A stretch of 32,000 nucleotides of DNA from assembly GCF_000940845.1 (NCBI RefSeq), contig NZ_CP010341.1:1380001-1412000 (forward strand), in the 5' to 3' direction. Under the pieces are notes generated by a model. It was not told where the DNA came from. It saw only the letters and a program-made list of their open reading frames with translations, and searched no databases. Position 1 is the stretch's first letter. Every line of letters starts with the position of its first letter. Position numbers and translations under genes: made by a program. Shown here in pieces: positions 1-8,104 of this stretch. Origin of the DNA: Propionibacterium freudenreichii subsp. freudenreichii (GTDB lineage: Bacteria; Actinomycetota; Actinomycetes; Propionibacteriales; Propionibacteriaceae).

Positions 1-2178
1 GTTTGCCGTGATGACCAATTCCTTGCGGGCACGACTGGCGGCCAGCACGAACGCCCGCCGCTCCTGCTGCATCCACGCCCCGGGCGCCGGTGCCAGCCCC
101 GGGTCGTCGGCGTCGAGCAATTCCGCCGACAGGAGCCCGGCTCCACGGCGATTACCCGGCCACGATCCCTCCGCAGCGCCCATGATGATGACGCGATCCC
201 ACTCAAGCCCCTTGGCCCGGTGGGCGGTGAGCACCTGCACTCCCCGGCCCCGGGGATCTGATTCGCGTGCCTGGTCACCGGGGATCTCCTGGCCCGAGAC
301 CTCAGCGATCAGGGTCTCGGCGCCCTTCTGACCCGTGAGCTCCATGTGCCGCGCGGCGACGTCGAAGAGGGCCAACACGGCATCAAGGTCGCTGTTCGCC
401 TGTCCGGAGGAGGCCGAACCCGATAGCGCCTCGCCCCGCAGCCGGGAGGGCCAATCAGTGCCGTCCCACAGCCGCCACAACACGTCGTAGGCCCCCTCGC
501 CACGCATGATGCGCGCCGCGGCGTCGCCCAACAGCGCCGCCAGTTCCCGGACCGGTTCCAGGTCCGGGTCGGTGGGCAGGGCCGACGTTGCGGTCTGGGC
601 CGTGGGCCCCGTGGGCGGTGTCGTGACATCCGTCGGAGCCGCCCCGGAGGTGTCCGGACGGTGAACGAGCGCCCCGACGTCCTGCGCCGTCGCCGGGGGC
701 ACCACCGGGCTCGGCAGGTGATCACCCGCCCGACGCATGAGGAACTGGCGGACCAATGTCATCGGATCCGATGTCGTACCCGACGCGGCCTCGTGCCACA
801 GGGCTCCCCCGACGCGCCGCAGCGCGGTCGGGTCAAGGGATGTCAACGGGGACAGCAGGAGCCGGTCAAGCTGATCGGGATCGGGCGGTACCCGGCGGGA
901 GAAACCCAGCGCGACGGCCAGCGCATCCATCAGGGTGACGACACAGGCCTGTTCGCTCAGGGCGATGTCACTGCCCGCCACTTCCACCGGGATCCCCTGA
1001 TTGGCCAGCCCCCGCGCGATGGTGCCCAACTGGCCGCGACCGGCCCGGCAGATGACCGCCTGTTGCGACCACATGACCCCGGCCAGCCTCGCTGTTCGCA
1101 GGTCTTCGGCCACACCGGCGATCTCGGCCGCCGCCGTCTCGTAGCTGCGACACACGATCTGCTCGGCCCGGTCTGCCCCGGAGACCGCCCCTGCCTCGTG
1201 GGGCCGGGTGCCCGATCCGCCACCGGCGACCGGATTGCGCGCGATCAGGCTGGCGATGCCTCGTTGGAGACCGGCGGTTCCGCGTAGTGACGTGGACAGG
1301 TCGATCCGCTCCGGCCCCGGCAGGCCGGTGACCTCGAACCGACGCCCGAAGTCGGCCACGGCGCGCGGATCGGCACCACGGAAGGCAAAGACCGACGATT
1401 GCGGGTCTGCGGTGGCAGCCACCGGAATACCCACCTGATGCACCTGTTCGAGCAGTGCGATCTGGGAGCGGTCGAGCTCGGCGAACTCATCGCAGAAGAC
1501 CCCCTCGATCTCTTCGGTCAGCACCGAGCTGACCGGCGCCTCCAGCAGGAGCAACCTGGTGCGGTGCACGAGTTCGGCGTAGTCCCAGGCGGGTTGGGCA
1601 TCGAGCACGTCAAGGTAGTTCTCGAAGAACAGGCCCATGCTCACCCACTCCTCACGCCCCGTGCGCCGGCCCAGCCGCACCAGGTCGTCGGGATCAAGTC
1701 CCTGCTGCCGCGCCCTGGCCATGCCGGTGCGCAGCTCCTGCGAAAAGGCCATCGTGGCGATGGCCGCACGCACCGATTCGGGCCACAGGTCCCGGCCGAG
1801 TTGCACCACGAGCTCGCGCACCTGCATCTGCTGCTCAGGTCCGGTGAGCACATGGGGCAACTGGCCGTCGGCATCGAGGTGGCCGAACCGGCGCTGCAGG
1901 GCGAGGCACCAACCGGGGACTGTGGTGATCACCGGCGCCAACTGGCTGCTCGCCAGCCGGGCCACGATGCGTGCACGCAAGCGCTGTGCTGCCGGACGCG
2001 ACCAGGTGAGCACGACGAGGCGATCCATGTGCGCCCCTGCCTCCACGCGTTGCGCCACCGCCTCGACCAGTGCGGTGGTCTTGCCCACGCCCGGCCCGCC
2101 GAGTGCGAGCACAGCGCCGTGGGGCCGGGCGCACGCCTCGACGAACGCGCGCTGCTGGTCGAGCAGCTGGAATGACAT
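1..2178 (-). CDS. Superfamily-1 (UvrD/Rep, AdnA/AdnB-like) ATP-dependent DNA helicase, first 726 codons; the C-terminus lies beyond base 1
   Basis: Absent from the ORF track because there is no stop in the window. My translation of the minus strand from the ATG at 2178-2176 gives MSFQLLDQQRAFVEACARPHGAVLALGGPGVGKTTALVEAV (Walker A). Later motifs are VFCDEFAELD (motif II-like) and VLTAHRAKGLEWD (motif VI-like). The frame stays open and in phase down to base 1. The + strand ORF 1399..2175 is its antisense shadow. Confidence 0.85.
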   Translation of the reverse strand, partial: MSFQLLDQQRAFVEACARPHGAVLALGGPGVGKTTALVEAVAQRVEAGAHMDRLVVLTWSRPAAQRLRARIVARLASSQLAPVITTVPGWCLALQRRFGHLDADGQLPHVLTGPEQQMQVRELVVQLGRDLWPESVRAAIATMAFSQELRTGMARARQQGLDPDDLVRLGRRTGREEWVSMGLFFENYLDVLDAQPAWDYAELVHRTRLLLLEAPVSSVLTEEIEGVFCDEFAELDRSQIALLEQVHQVGIPVAATADPQSSVFAFRGADPRAVADFGRRFEVTGLPGPERIDLSTSLRGTAGLQRGIASLIARNPVAGGGSGTRPHEAGAVSGADRAEQIVCRSYETAAAEIAGVAEDLRTARLAGVMWSQQAVICRAGRGQLGTIARGLANQGIPVEVAGSDIALSEQACVVTLMDALAVALGFSRRVPPDPDQLDRLLLSPLTSLDPTALRRVGGALWHEAASGTTSDPMTLVRQFLMRRAGDHLPSPVVPPATAQDVGALVHRPDTSGAAPTDVTTPPTGPTAQTATSALPTDPDLEPVRELAALLGDAAARIMRGEGAYDVLWRLWDGTDWPSRLRGEALSGSASSGQANSDLDAVLALFDVAARHMELTGQKGAETLIAEVSGQEIPGDQARESDPRGRGVQVLTAHRAKGLEWDRVIIMGAAEGSWPGNRRGAGLLSAELLDADDPGLAPAPGAWMQQERRAFVLAASRARKELVITAN

Positions 2179-2471
2179 GCCCCCATGCAACCACGCGGCA
2201 CCCACAGTTTCCGGCGACGCCGCCGTCGGCGGTGCAAGCTCCGGTGAGGGGACGCTGCCGCGACACCGGGACCCCCGCGGAGGCCCCGGACGCCCGTTTT
2301 TCGCACTGGGAATCTTTCCAAAACCATCACCGGGACGCCCAGCGCTTTCCATCTGGGGTGCACTGTGAGAAACTGGACACACTGTTCTAACCGGGCACGC
2401 ATTCAGTATCAGGAGTCTGGGTCGCGTCATGGCACAGCAACACCGGATATTTGGTGCGCTGAAACGAGCAG

Positions 2472-2492
2472 CGGGCCGTGAGGTGCGGCCCG
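2472..2492 (+). promoter_or_regulatory. Stem-loop inside the long cspA 5' leader (CGGGCCG-TGAGGTG-CGGCCCG)
   Basis: A 7-bp GC stem with a 7-nt loop lies 25 nt upstream of the cspA ATG. It sits in a 339-nt divergent intergenic region. Long structured leaders are typical of cold-shock genes. The function is not demonstrated. Confidence 0.3.
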
Positions 2493-2517
2493 GCAAGTAA
2501 GTATGTAGGGAGTACAC

Positions 2518-2724
2518 ATGGCCACCGGAACCGTCAAGTGGTTCAACGCGGAGAAGGGCTACGGCTTCATCGCCGTCGACGGATCTAGCGATGACGTCTT
2601 CGTTCACTATTCCGCGATTGATTCCACGGGTTTCCGTTCCTTGGACGAGGGACAGAAGGTCGAGTTTGACATCGCTCAGGGACCCAAGGGTCAGCAGGCC
2701 GAGCACGTAAAGCTCGTCAACTGA
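2518..2724 (+). CDS. cspA: Cold-shock protein, CspA family
   Basis: 68-aa ORF. KGYGFI and VFVHYS are the RNP1/RNP2 cold-shock-domain motifs. An AGGGAG SD lies about 5 nt upstream of the ATG. An intrinsic terminator follows. Confidence 0.97.
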   Translation: MATGTVKWFNAEKGYGFIAVDGSSDDVFVHYSAIDSTGFRSLDEGQKVEFDIAQGPKGQQAEHVKLVN

Positions 2725-2749
2725 GCGTCCAAGCCGCTTAAGCAAAATG

Positions 2750-2783
2750 GGGGTCTCGCCGAAAGGTGGGACCCCTTGCTTGT
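2750..2783 (+). terminator. Rho-independent terminator of cspA
   Basis: GGGGTCTCGCC-GAAA-GGTGGGACCCC forms an 11-bp stem (including G-U pairs) with a GNRA tetraloop. It is followed by TTGCTTGT. Confidence 0.8.
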
Positions 2784-2889
2784 GTCTCCGCCCTGGACTG
2801 ATCTGCACCCCGATTCAGCGTGCCCTACCGATCATCGATAAGTTGCCGCCATCGCCCAGGGGCCAGCCAGCCGCGACAAGGAACCAGCC

Positions 2890-3762
2890 ATGACGAATGA
2901 ATCACCCGCCACCGACCGCGATAATCTTCGCCGCGGCCCCACCGCGTGGGCTGGTGGTGCCACCCACGTCGGCACCAAGGCCCCACCGAACCAGGATGCG
3001 CTGGTCGTTGCCGCAACACCCGGCGAATCCCACCGCAGCGCCATCGTGGCGGTCTCCGACGGCGTGTCGACCTCTCCACATTCGGATGTCGCGAGCCAGA
3101 TCGCCGTTGACGTGGCCACCGATCATCTGACCAGCGTGCTCACCAAGCCGCATCACAGCGATGAGCCGTCGGCGCTCGCCGACGACCTGAAGGCCGCCGT
3201 GGTCGCCGCCAACGATGCGATCGTCGCAGCGGCTGGCGACGATGTCCACGGCTATGCCTGCACGCTGGTTCTTGCCCTGGTGCACCGGGGATTGGTCGTG
3301 GTGGCCAACCTCGGCGACTCCCGCGCCTACTGGTTCGGTGACGACGCCACCAATATGTTGCTCACCACTGACGACTCCATGGCCCAGCTCAGCATCGAGC
3401 TCGGCACCTCCCGCGAGGTCGCCGAGGCGGGACGCCAGGCCCACGCGATCACCAAGTGGCTGGGCCCGAACGCACCGTCCCTGGAGCCACAGCTGGCCGG
3501 CTTCAAGGTCGCTGGTTCGGGATGGCTGCTGGTCTGCAGCGATGGCCTGTGGAACTATGCCTCAGCGCCGGCGGAGTTGCGGGCGGTGTGGGATTCCCTG
3601 CCGGCCGCCCCTGATGCGACGGCTGAGACGCTGGCTGGCCAGCTCATCGACTGGGCCAATGCGCGCGGTGGCCGCGACAACATCACCGTCGGGTTGGTCC
3701 GCGTCGAGGAACCCGACACGCCCGCCCCGGAGCAGTCCCCGGCAGGGTCGACGCAGTCCTGA
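2890..3762 (+). CDS. PP2C-family protein serine/threonine phosphatase
   Basis: 290-aa ORF with PP2C-type motifs NQDA, AVSDGVS, LGDSRAY, CSDGLWNY and RGGRDNITV. An AAGGAA SD lies upstream. Confidence 0.85.
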   Translation: MTNESPATDRDNLRRGPTAWAGGATHVGTKAPPNQDALVVAATPGESHRSAIVAVSDGVSTSPHSDVASQIAVDVATDHLTSVLTKPHHSDEPSALADDLKAAVVAANDAIVAAAGDDVHGYACTLVLALVHRGLVVVANLGDSRAYWFGDDATNMLLTTDDSMAQLSIELGTSREVAEAGRQAHAITKWLGPNAPSLEPQLAGFKVAGSGWLLVCSDGLWNYASAPAELRAVWDSLPAAPDATAETLAGQLIDWANARGGRDNITVGLVRVEEPDTPAPEQSPAGSTQS

Positions 3763-3878
3763 GGAGGGCGCGAGGCCCGACCGCACGACGGCGGAGCCAC
3801 CGCCACTGCCCCGTGATCATGCCCGTAGCGCAATCGCCGGTGGCCGGCCCGGGCCGCACTCCGGGTAGATTTGAGTGC

Positions 3879-4103
3879 GTGGATATCAAGATTGGCATTG
3901 AAAACGTGAACCGTGAGCTGGGCATCGAAACAGACCAGACCCGCGACGAGGTAACGGCGGCCCTCAAGGAAGCCCTCAGCAACGACGGCGTCTTCACGCT
4001 GACCGATTCCAAGGGACGTCAGTTGGTCGTGCCCGGGGCAAAGATTGCCTATGTGGAGTTCGGCGAGGAGCATGCGCGCCAGGTCGGCTTCGGCACGATC
4101 TGA
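3879..4103 (+). CDS. DUF3107 domain-containing protein
   Basis: The ORF runs 3813..4103. The conserved family core starts at VDIKIGIENVNRELGIE...AYVEFGEE...VGFG, so I prefer the GTG at 3879 (74 aa, the usual family length). The ATG at 3813 is the alternative start. Family assignment is from memory of the DUF3107 consensus. Confidence 0.7.
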   Translation: MDIKIGIENVNRELGIETDQTRDEVTAALKEALSNDGVFTLTDSKGRQLVVPGAKIAYVEFGEEHARQVGFGTI

Positions 4104-4109
4104 TCGACC

Positions 4110-4148
4110 CCTTCCGGCCCCGTCGTCGTGACGGGCCGGGCCGGAAGG
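4110..4148 (+). terminator. Hairpin terminator after the DUF3107 gene
   Basis: CCTTCCGGCCC (4110-4120) pairs with GGGCCGGAAGG (4138-4148). It starts 7 nt after the stop codon. Confidence 0.6.
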
Positions 4149-4237
4149 CCTCGCGTGGACGCCACCTGACAGCAGTCACGCAAAGACGGCCTCCCCACGT
4201 GGTGGCCTCACGTCAGGAACCCCCTCATCCGACAGCA

Positions 4238-4269
4238 GGGCGGGGCCGCGGTTGTCCGCGGCCCCGCCC
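4238..4269 (-). terminator. Hairpin terminator after the ferritin-like gene
   Basis: GGGCGGGGCCGCGG-TTGT-CCGCGGCCCCGCCC is a perfect 14-bp stem. It lies 21 nt downstream of the minus-strand stop at 4290. Confidence 0.65.
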
Positions 4270-4289
4270 TCGCTTGTCCGGTGAAAGAT

Positions 4290-5045
4290 TCAGGAGGCCA
4301 GGCCGAGCCGTGCCATGCGTCGGGAATGGCCCTCCATCAGTTGCTCGAGCAGTACGCTGACCGCTCCCAGCGCCGCCATGTCCCCGGTCTGGGCGTCATC
4401 GGGGCGGGGCACCGCAGAGGCCACCAGCTCCGTCAGCTCGACCTCCTTGGCGGCGATGCGCTGGCACTGCCCCAGTGCCTCGGCCGCCAGGCGACGGCCG
4501 TAGAGCGCCAGGCTGCCGGCCAGATCGGGATCGTCGGCCAGTGACTGCGACAGGGTCCGGTTGGCGAAGTCCGCGATCCGCCAGGCAACGGGCCCCGGTG
4601 AGATGAGCCGCGCCATCGGTTCCGGCCACGCCGCCGAGAGCTTGTCGGCAAAGTCGGTGCGCAGGCCGCTCACCAGGAGCGACCTCAGTTGCGCCGTGGG
4701 CCAGTCAGTCGGTTGGGTCGCCTGCGCGAAGGCGTCCAGGGGCTCGCGGAATGCCTCGAGGCTGTCACCAACCGGCCAACCATGGGCATGCAATTGATCT
4801 GCCACGCGGTTGAATCGCTTGAATTGTGCGGTGGCCAATTCCGCCACGGCAATGCGGTCATCCAGCGTTGGTGCGAATTCTCCGGAGAAGGACAGCACCT
4901 CGAAGTCGACCAGCTCGCACTGCCCCAGCACTCCGAGCAGTTCGCGGCCACCCACCGGCAAGTCGATCGGGATGGTGGGGGGCGTCTCCGCCCGGCCTGC
5001 AGGACGCGTGTTGGGGGCACCTGGTTCAGTCTGCTGCGCACTCAC
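4290..5045 (-). CDS. Ferritin-like fold protein (conserved actinobacterial neighbour of DUF3107 and the DEAD-box helicase)
   Basis: 251-aa ORF with a GTG start and strong GC3 bias. The name comes from my memory of how this syntenic gene is usually annotated. I see no diagnostic catalytic motif. Confidence 0.55.
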   Translation of the reverse strand: MSAQQTEPGAPNTRPAGRAETPPTIPIDLPVGGRELLGVLGQCELVDFEVLSFSGEFAPTLDDRIAVAELATAQFKRFNRVADQLHAHGWPVGDSLEAFREPLDAFAQATQPTDWPTAQLRSLLVSGLRTDFADKLSAAWPEPMARLISPGPVAWRIADFANRTLSQSLADDPDLAGSLALYGRRLAAEALGQCQRIAAKEVELTELVASAVPRPDDAQTGDMAALGAVSVLLEQLMEGHSRRMARLGLAS

Positions 5046-5051
5046 GGGACA

Positions 5052-5057
5052 AGGCTA
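5052..5057 (-). promoter_or_regulatory. Candidate -10 box (TAGCCT) placed for a leaderless transcript of the ferritin-like gene
   Basis: The minus strand reads TAGCCT-tgtccc-GTG. This is a TANNNT hexamer exactly 6 nt before the start codon, and there is no SD. Confidence 0.3.
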
Positions 5058-5320
5058 CCGGCCCCCGGGCCGACTCGGATCGGTTGAAACGCGCCGGACG
5101 GCTAGACTTGGCGTGGTGCATAACCATGCACCACAACCATGTGCCGCCATCGGCTCGCCCAATCCGCAGGCCAAGAGCTCGGATTGATGGCGAACTCGGG
5201 ACGCATCCACGCGAGAACCCTTGACGGTTCGACGCAGGGGACGCGCACCGACGCGTTGGCCACACGGTGCAACCCAATAGCTTGTCCCGACGCCGTGCGC
5301 AGGGACGGAGAACTGGATTC

Positions 5321-6826
5321 ATGACGCTTTCCACCACTGATCCGGACGCAGCCGAGCCCGCGAAGACCACCTTCGCCGACCTCGGCGTGGCGCCCTCCAT
5401 CGTCACTGCCCTCGATGCCGAGGGAATCACACACCCATTCCCCATCCAGGAGATGGCGATCCCGATCGCCCTCACCGGCACCGACATGATCGGCCAGGCC
5501 CGAACGGGCACCGGCAAGACCCTGGCCTTCGGCATCCCGATCCTGCAGAAGGTCGTCCTCAAGACCGACGAGGGATTTGACCAGCTCGATCCCAAGGACA
5601 AGCCCCAGGCCCTGGTGATGAGCCCCACCCGCGAGCTTGCCCAGCAGGTCGGCAGCGACCTGGCGATCGCCGGACGTGACCGCCACGCCCGCGTGCTCAC
5701 CATTTACGGCGGCGTCGGCTACGACGACCAGCTCGATGCCCTCAAGAAGGGCGTCGACGTGGTGGTCGGCACGCCCGGACGCCTCCTCGACCTGGTGCAC
5801 CGCGGAAACCTTGACCTGTCCCATGTGCGCATCGCCGTGCTCGATGAGGCCGACGAGATGCTCGACCTGGGCTTCCTGCCCGATGTGCAGGCCCTGCTCG
5901 ACCGCACTCCCGCGTCGCGCCAGACCATGATGTTCAGCGCCACGATGCCGGCCGTGATCATGTCGCTCGCCAGGTCGCGACTCAACCAGCCGGTCAACAT
6001 CCGCGCCGAGGGCCGCGATGCCCAGGCAACCGTGCCGCAGACCACCCAGTTCATCTACCAGGCCCATGAGCTCGACAAGCCCGAGATGATCGGCAAGATG
6101 CTCCAGTCCGAGGGCATGCGCAAGATGATGGTCTTCACCCGCACCAAGCGGGCCGCGCAACGGCTGGCAGACGATCTGCGCGACCGCGGATTCGAGGCGG
6201 CGAGCCTCCACGGCGACCTGAACCAGTCGCAGCGCGAGAAGACGATGAAGCGGTTCCGCAACGACAAGATCCAGGTCCTGGTTGCCACCGACGTGGCCGC
6301 GCGCGGCATCGATGTCGACGATGTCACCCACGTGGTCAACTACGAGGTGCCCGACGATCCGGAGCAGTACGTCCATCGCATCGGTCGCACCGGCCGGGCC
6401 GGCCATGAGGGTGTGGCGGTCACCCTGGTCGATTGGCAGGATGTCACCCGCTGGAAGGTCATCAACAAGGCGCTTGACCTGCCCTTCCCGGAGATCGAAG
6501 CCACGTTCTCGACCACTCCCCAGTTCCTGGAAGACCTGCACATCGCACCCGACACCAAGGGCCGGCTGGCCGATGCGAAGCCCCGTGACGAGGGTGAGCA
6601 CCGTGGTGACGAGCGTCGCGACCGGGGCAAGGGCCACGGCGGCAAGGGACATCACGATCGTGGTCGCGACCGTCACGAGGGGCATGGCAAGAAGAAGGAC
6701 GGCGAGCACCGTCACGACGCGAAGGACAAGGACAAGGGCGGTGACGCCAAGCGCGACCGCCCGCATCGCAAGCGCCGTCGTACCCGCAATGGCAAGCCCG
6801 TGGCCGCCCAGCACAAGGACGACTGA
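5321..6826 (+). CDS. DEAD-box ATP-dependent RNA helicase with a basic, His-rich C-terminal tail
   Basis: Motifs seen: Q motif FADLGV..GITHPFPIQ, ARTGTGKT, PTRELA, VLDEADEML, FSATMP, ARGIDV and HRIGRTGRAG. I prefer the start at ATG 5321 (MTLSTTD) with GGACGGAG upstream. The ORF opens at 5267. Confidence 0.93.
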   Translation: MTLSTTDPDAAEPAKTTFADLGVAPSIVTALDAEGITHPFPIQEMAIPIALTGTDMIGQARTGTGKTLAFGIPILQKVVLKTDEGFDQLDPKDKPQALVMSPTRELAQQVGSDLAIAGRDRHARVLTIYGGVGYDDQLDALKKGVDVVVGTPGRLLDLVHRGNLDLSHVRIAVLDEADEMLDLGFLPDVQALLDRTPASRQTMMFSATMPAVIMSLARSRLNQPVNIRAEGRDAQATVPQTTQFIYQAHELDKPEMIGKMLQSEGMRKMMVFTRTKRAAQRLADDLRDRGFEAASLHGDLNQSQREKTMKRFRNDKIQVLVATDVAARGIDVDDVTHVVNYEVPDDPEQYVHRIGRTGRAGHEGVAVTLVDWQDVTRWKVINKALDLPFPEIEATFSTTPQFLEDLHIAPDTKGRLADAKPRDEGEHRGDERRDRGKGHGGKGHHDRGRDRHEGHGKKKDGEHRHDAKDKDKGGDAKRDRPHRKRRRTRNGKPVAAQHKDD

Positions 6827-6851
6827 TTGCTTGACCGCGTGATCGCTTGAC

Positions 6852-6904
6852 GACAAGACACTGGTGGGGCAGACCGTCACGGTCTGCCCCACCAGTGTCT
6901 TGTC
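6852..6904. terminator. Perfect 25-bp-stem hairpin, a bidirectional terminator between the convergent helicase and trpS genes
   Basis: GACAAGACACTGGTGGGGCAGACCG-TCA-CGGTCTGCCCCACCAGTGTCTTGTC. The identical peptide MGQTVTVCPTSVLSS appears in ORFs on both strands because of this palindrome. Confidence 0.75.
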
Positions 6905-6963
6905 CTCCTGCGCTGCCTTGTTGGCGGCGCACGGCAGTGGCGCCGCGACGCCCGGTCGGCTGG

Positions 6964-8094
6964 CTAGTAGTCCATGTTCATGGCCGCCAACACATCGCGC
7001 AGCGTCGCATCGGCGATCTCATTGGCCCGCGCATTGCCCTCGTGCAGCACCTGTCGCAGATAGCCCTGATCGGCCTCGAGTTCCAGCCTGCGGGCGCGGA
7101 TCGGGGCGAACATCTCGTTGATCGCCTCGGTGCAGGCCTTCTTCAGGGCGCCACCACCGCCATCGCCGATCCGGGCGGCGACGTCCTCGGGCTTCTCACC
7201 GGTCGCCAGGGCAGTGAGCATGACGAGGTTGGAGACCTCGGGCCTGTTCTGGGGATCGTAGGTGATGTGCCGATCCGCATCAGTCTTGGCCTTCTTGATC
7301 AGCTTGGCGGTCTCGTCCGCCGTCATGCCGATCTGAATCGTGTTGTGGCGTGACTTGCTCATCTTGGTCCCATCGAGGCCAAGGATCGACGGCGCCGCGG
7401 ACAGCAGGGCGTCGGGCTCCGGGAAGACCGGCTGGTCCGGCGTGGCCCGGCCATAGCGCTCGTCAAAACGTCGTGCGATGAGGCGGGTGACCTCAATGTG
7501 CGGGAGCTGGTCCTTGCCCACAGGCACCAGATTGGCCTTGCAGAACAGGATGTCTGCCGCCTGGTGCACCGGGAAGGTGAGCATGAGCCCGCTCATCGGG
7601 CGTCCCCCTGAATGCTCCATCTCATCCTTGACCGTGGGGTTCCGGTTGAGCTCCGGCACGGTGATGAGGCTCAGGAAGGGCAGCAACAGCTGGTTGAGGG
7701 CCGGCACGGAGGAATGGGTGAAGATCGTGGTGCGGGCGGGGTCGATTCCGCAGGCCAGGTAGTCGGCCATGCCGGACATCACATTGTCCTGCAGGTCCCC
7801 CACGCCGTCGCGATCGTAGATCACCTGGTAGTCGGCAACGACCAGCATCGAGGGCACACCCAGGTTCTGCAGGCGCACGCGGTTGCTGATGGACCCGAAA
7901 TAGTGGCCGATATGCAGCTTTCCGGTGGGCCGATCGCCGGTGAGGATGCGGTACTTGCCGGGATTGACGCCGATATCGGCCTCAATGGCATCGCTACGGG
8001 CCTGACTGGCTACCAGCGTCTGCCGATCTGAGCCTCCCCGCGCTTCCGTGTCGGGTGATGATTCTTCGGGTTCGGTGGCGGAGGTCAAGCTCAT
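6964..8094 (-). CDS. trpS: Tryptophan--tRNA ligase
   Basis: Class I signatures GDRPTGKLHIGHY and GTKMSKS. I chose the ATG at 8094 (MSLTSATEPEE), which has a GAGG SD and lies 10 nt after the stop of the upstream PHP gene. The longer ORF reaching 8217 would overlap that gene. Confidence 0.88.
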   Translation of the reverse strand: MSLTSATEPEESSPDTEARGGSDRQTLVASQARSDAIEADIGVNPGKYRILTGDRPTGKLHIGHYFGSISNRVRLQNLGVPSMLVVADYQVIYDRDGVGDLQDNVMSGMADYLACGIDPARTTIFTHSSVPALNQLLLPFLSLITVPELNRNPTVKDEMEHSGGRPMSGLMLTFPVHQAADILFCKANLVPVGKDQLPHIEVTRLIARRFDERYGRATPDQPVFPEPDALLSAAPSILGLDGTKMSKSRHNTIQIGMTADETAKLIKKAKTDADRHITYDPQNRPEVSNLVMLTALATGEKPEDVAARIGDGGGGALKKACTEAINEMFAPIRARRLELEADQGYLRQVLHEGNARANEIADATLRDVLAAMNMDY

Positions 8095-8104
8095 GCGCCT
8101 CAGT

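Noticed and set aside
5102-6892. 596-aa ORF on the minus strand covering the whole DEAD-box helicase gene
   Set aside because: This is an antisense shadow ORF. In a GC3-rich gene the complementary frame rarely contains stop codons. The predicted protein is low-complexity (Val, Leu, Gly, Ala, His runs) with no motifs, whereas the + strand carries a complete DEAD-box motif set.
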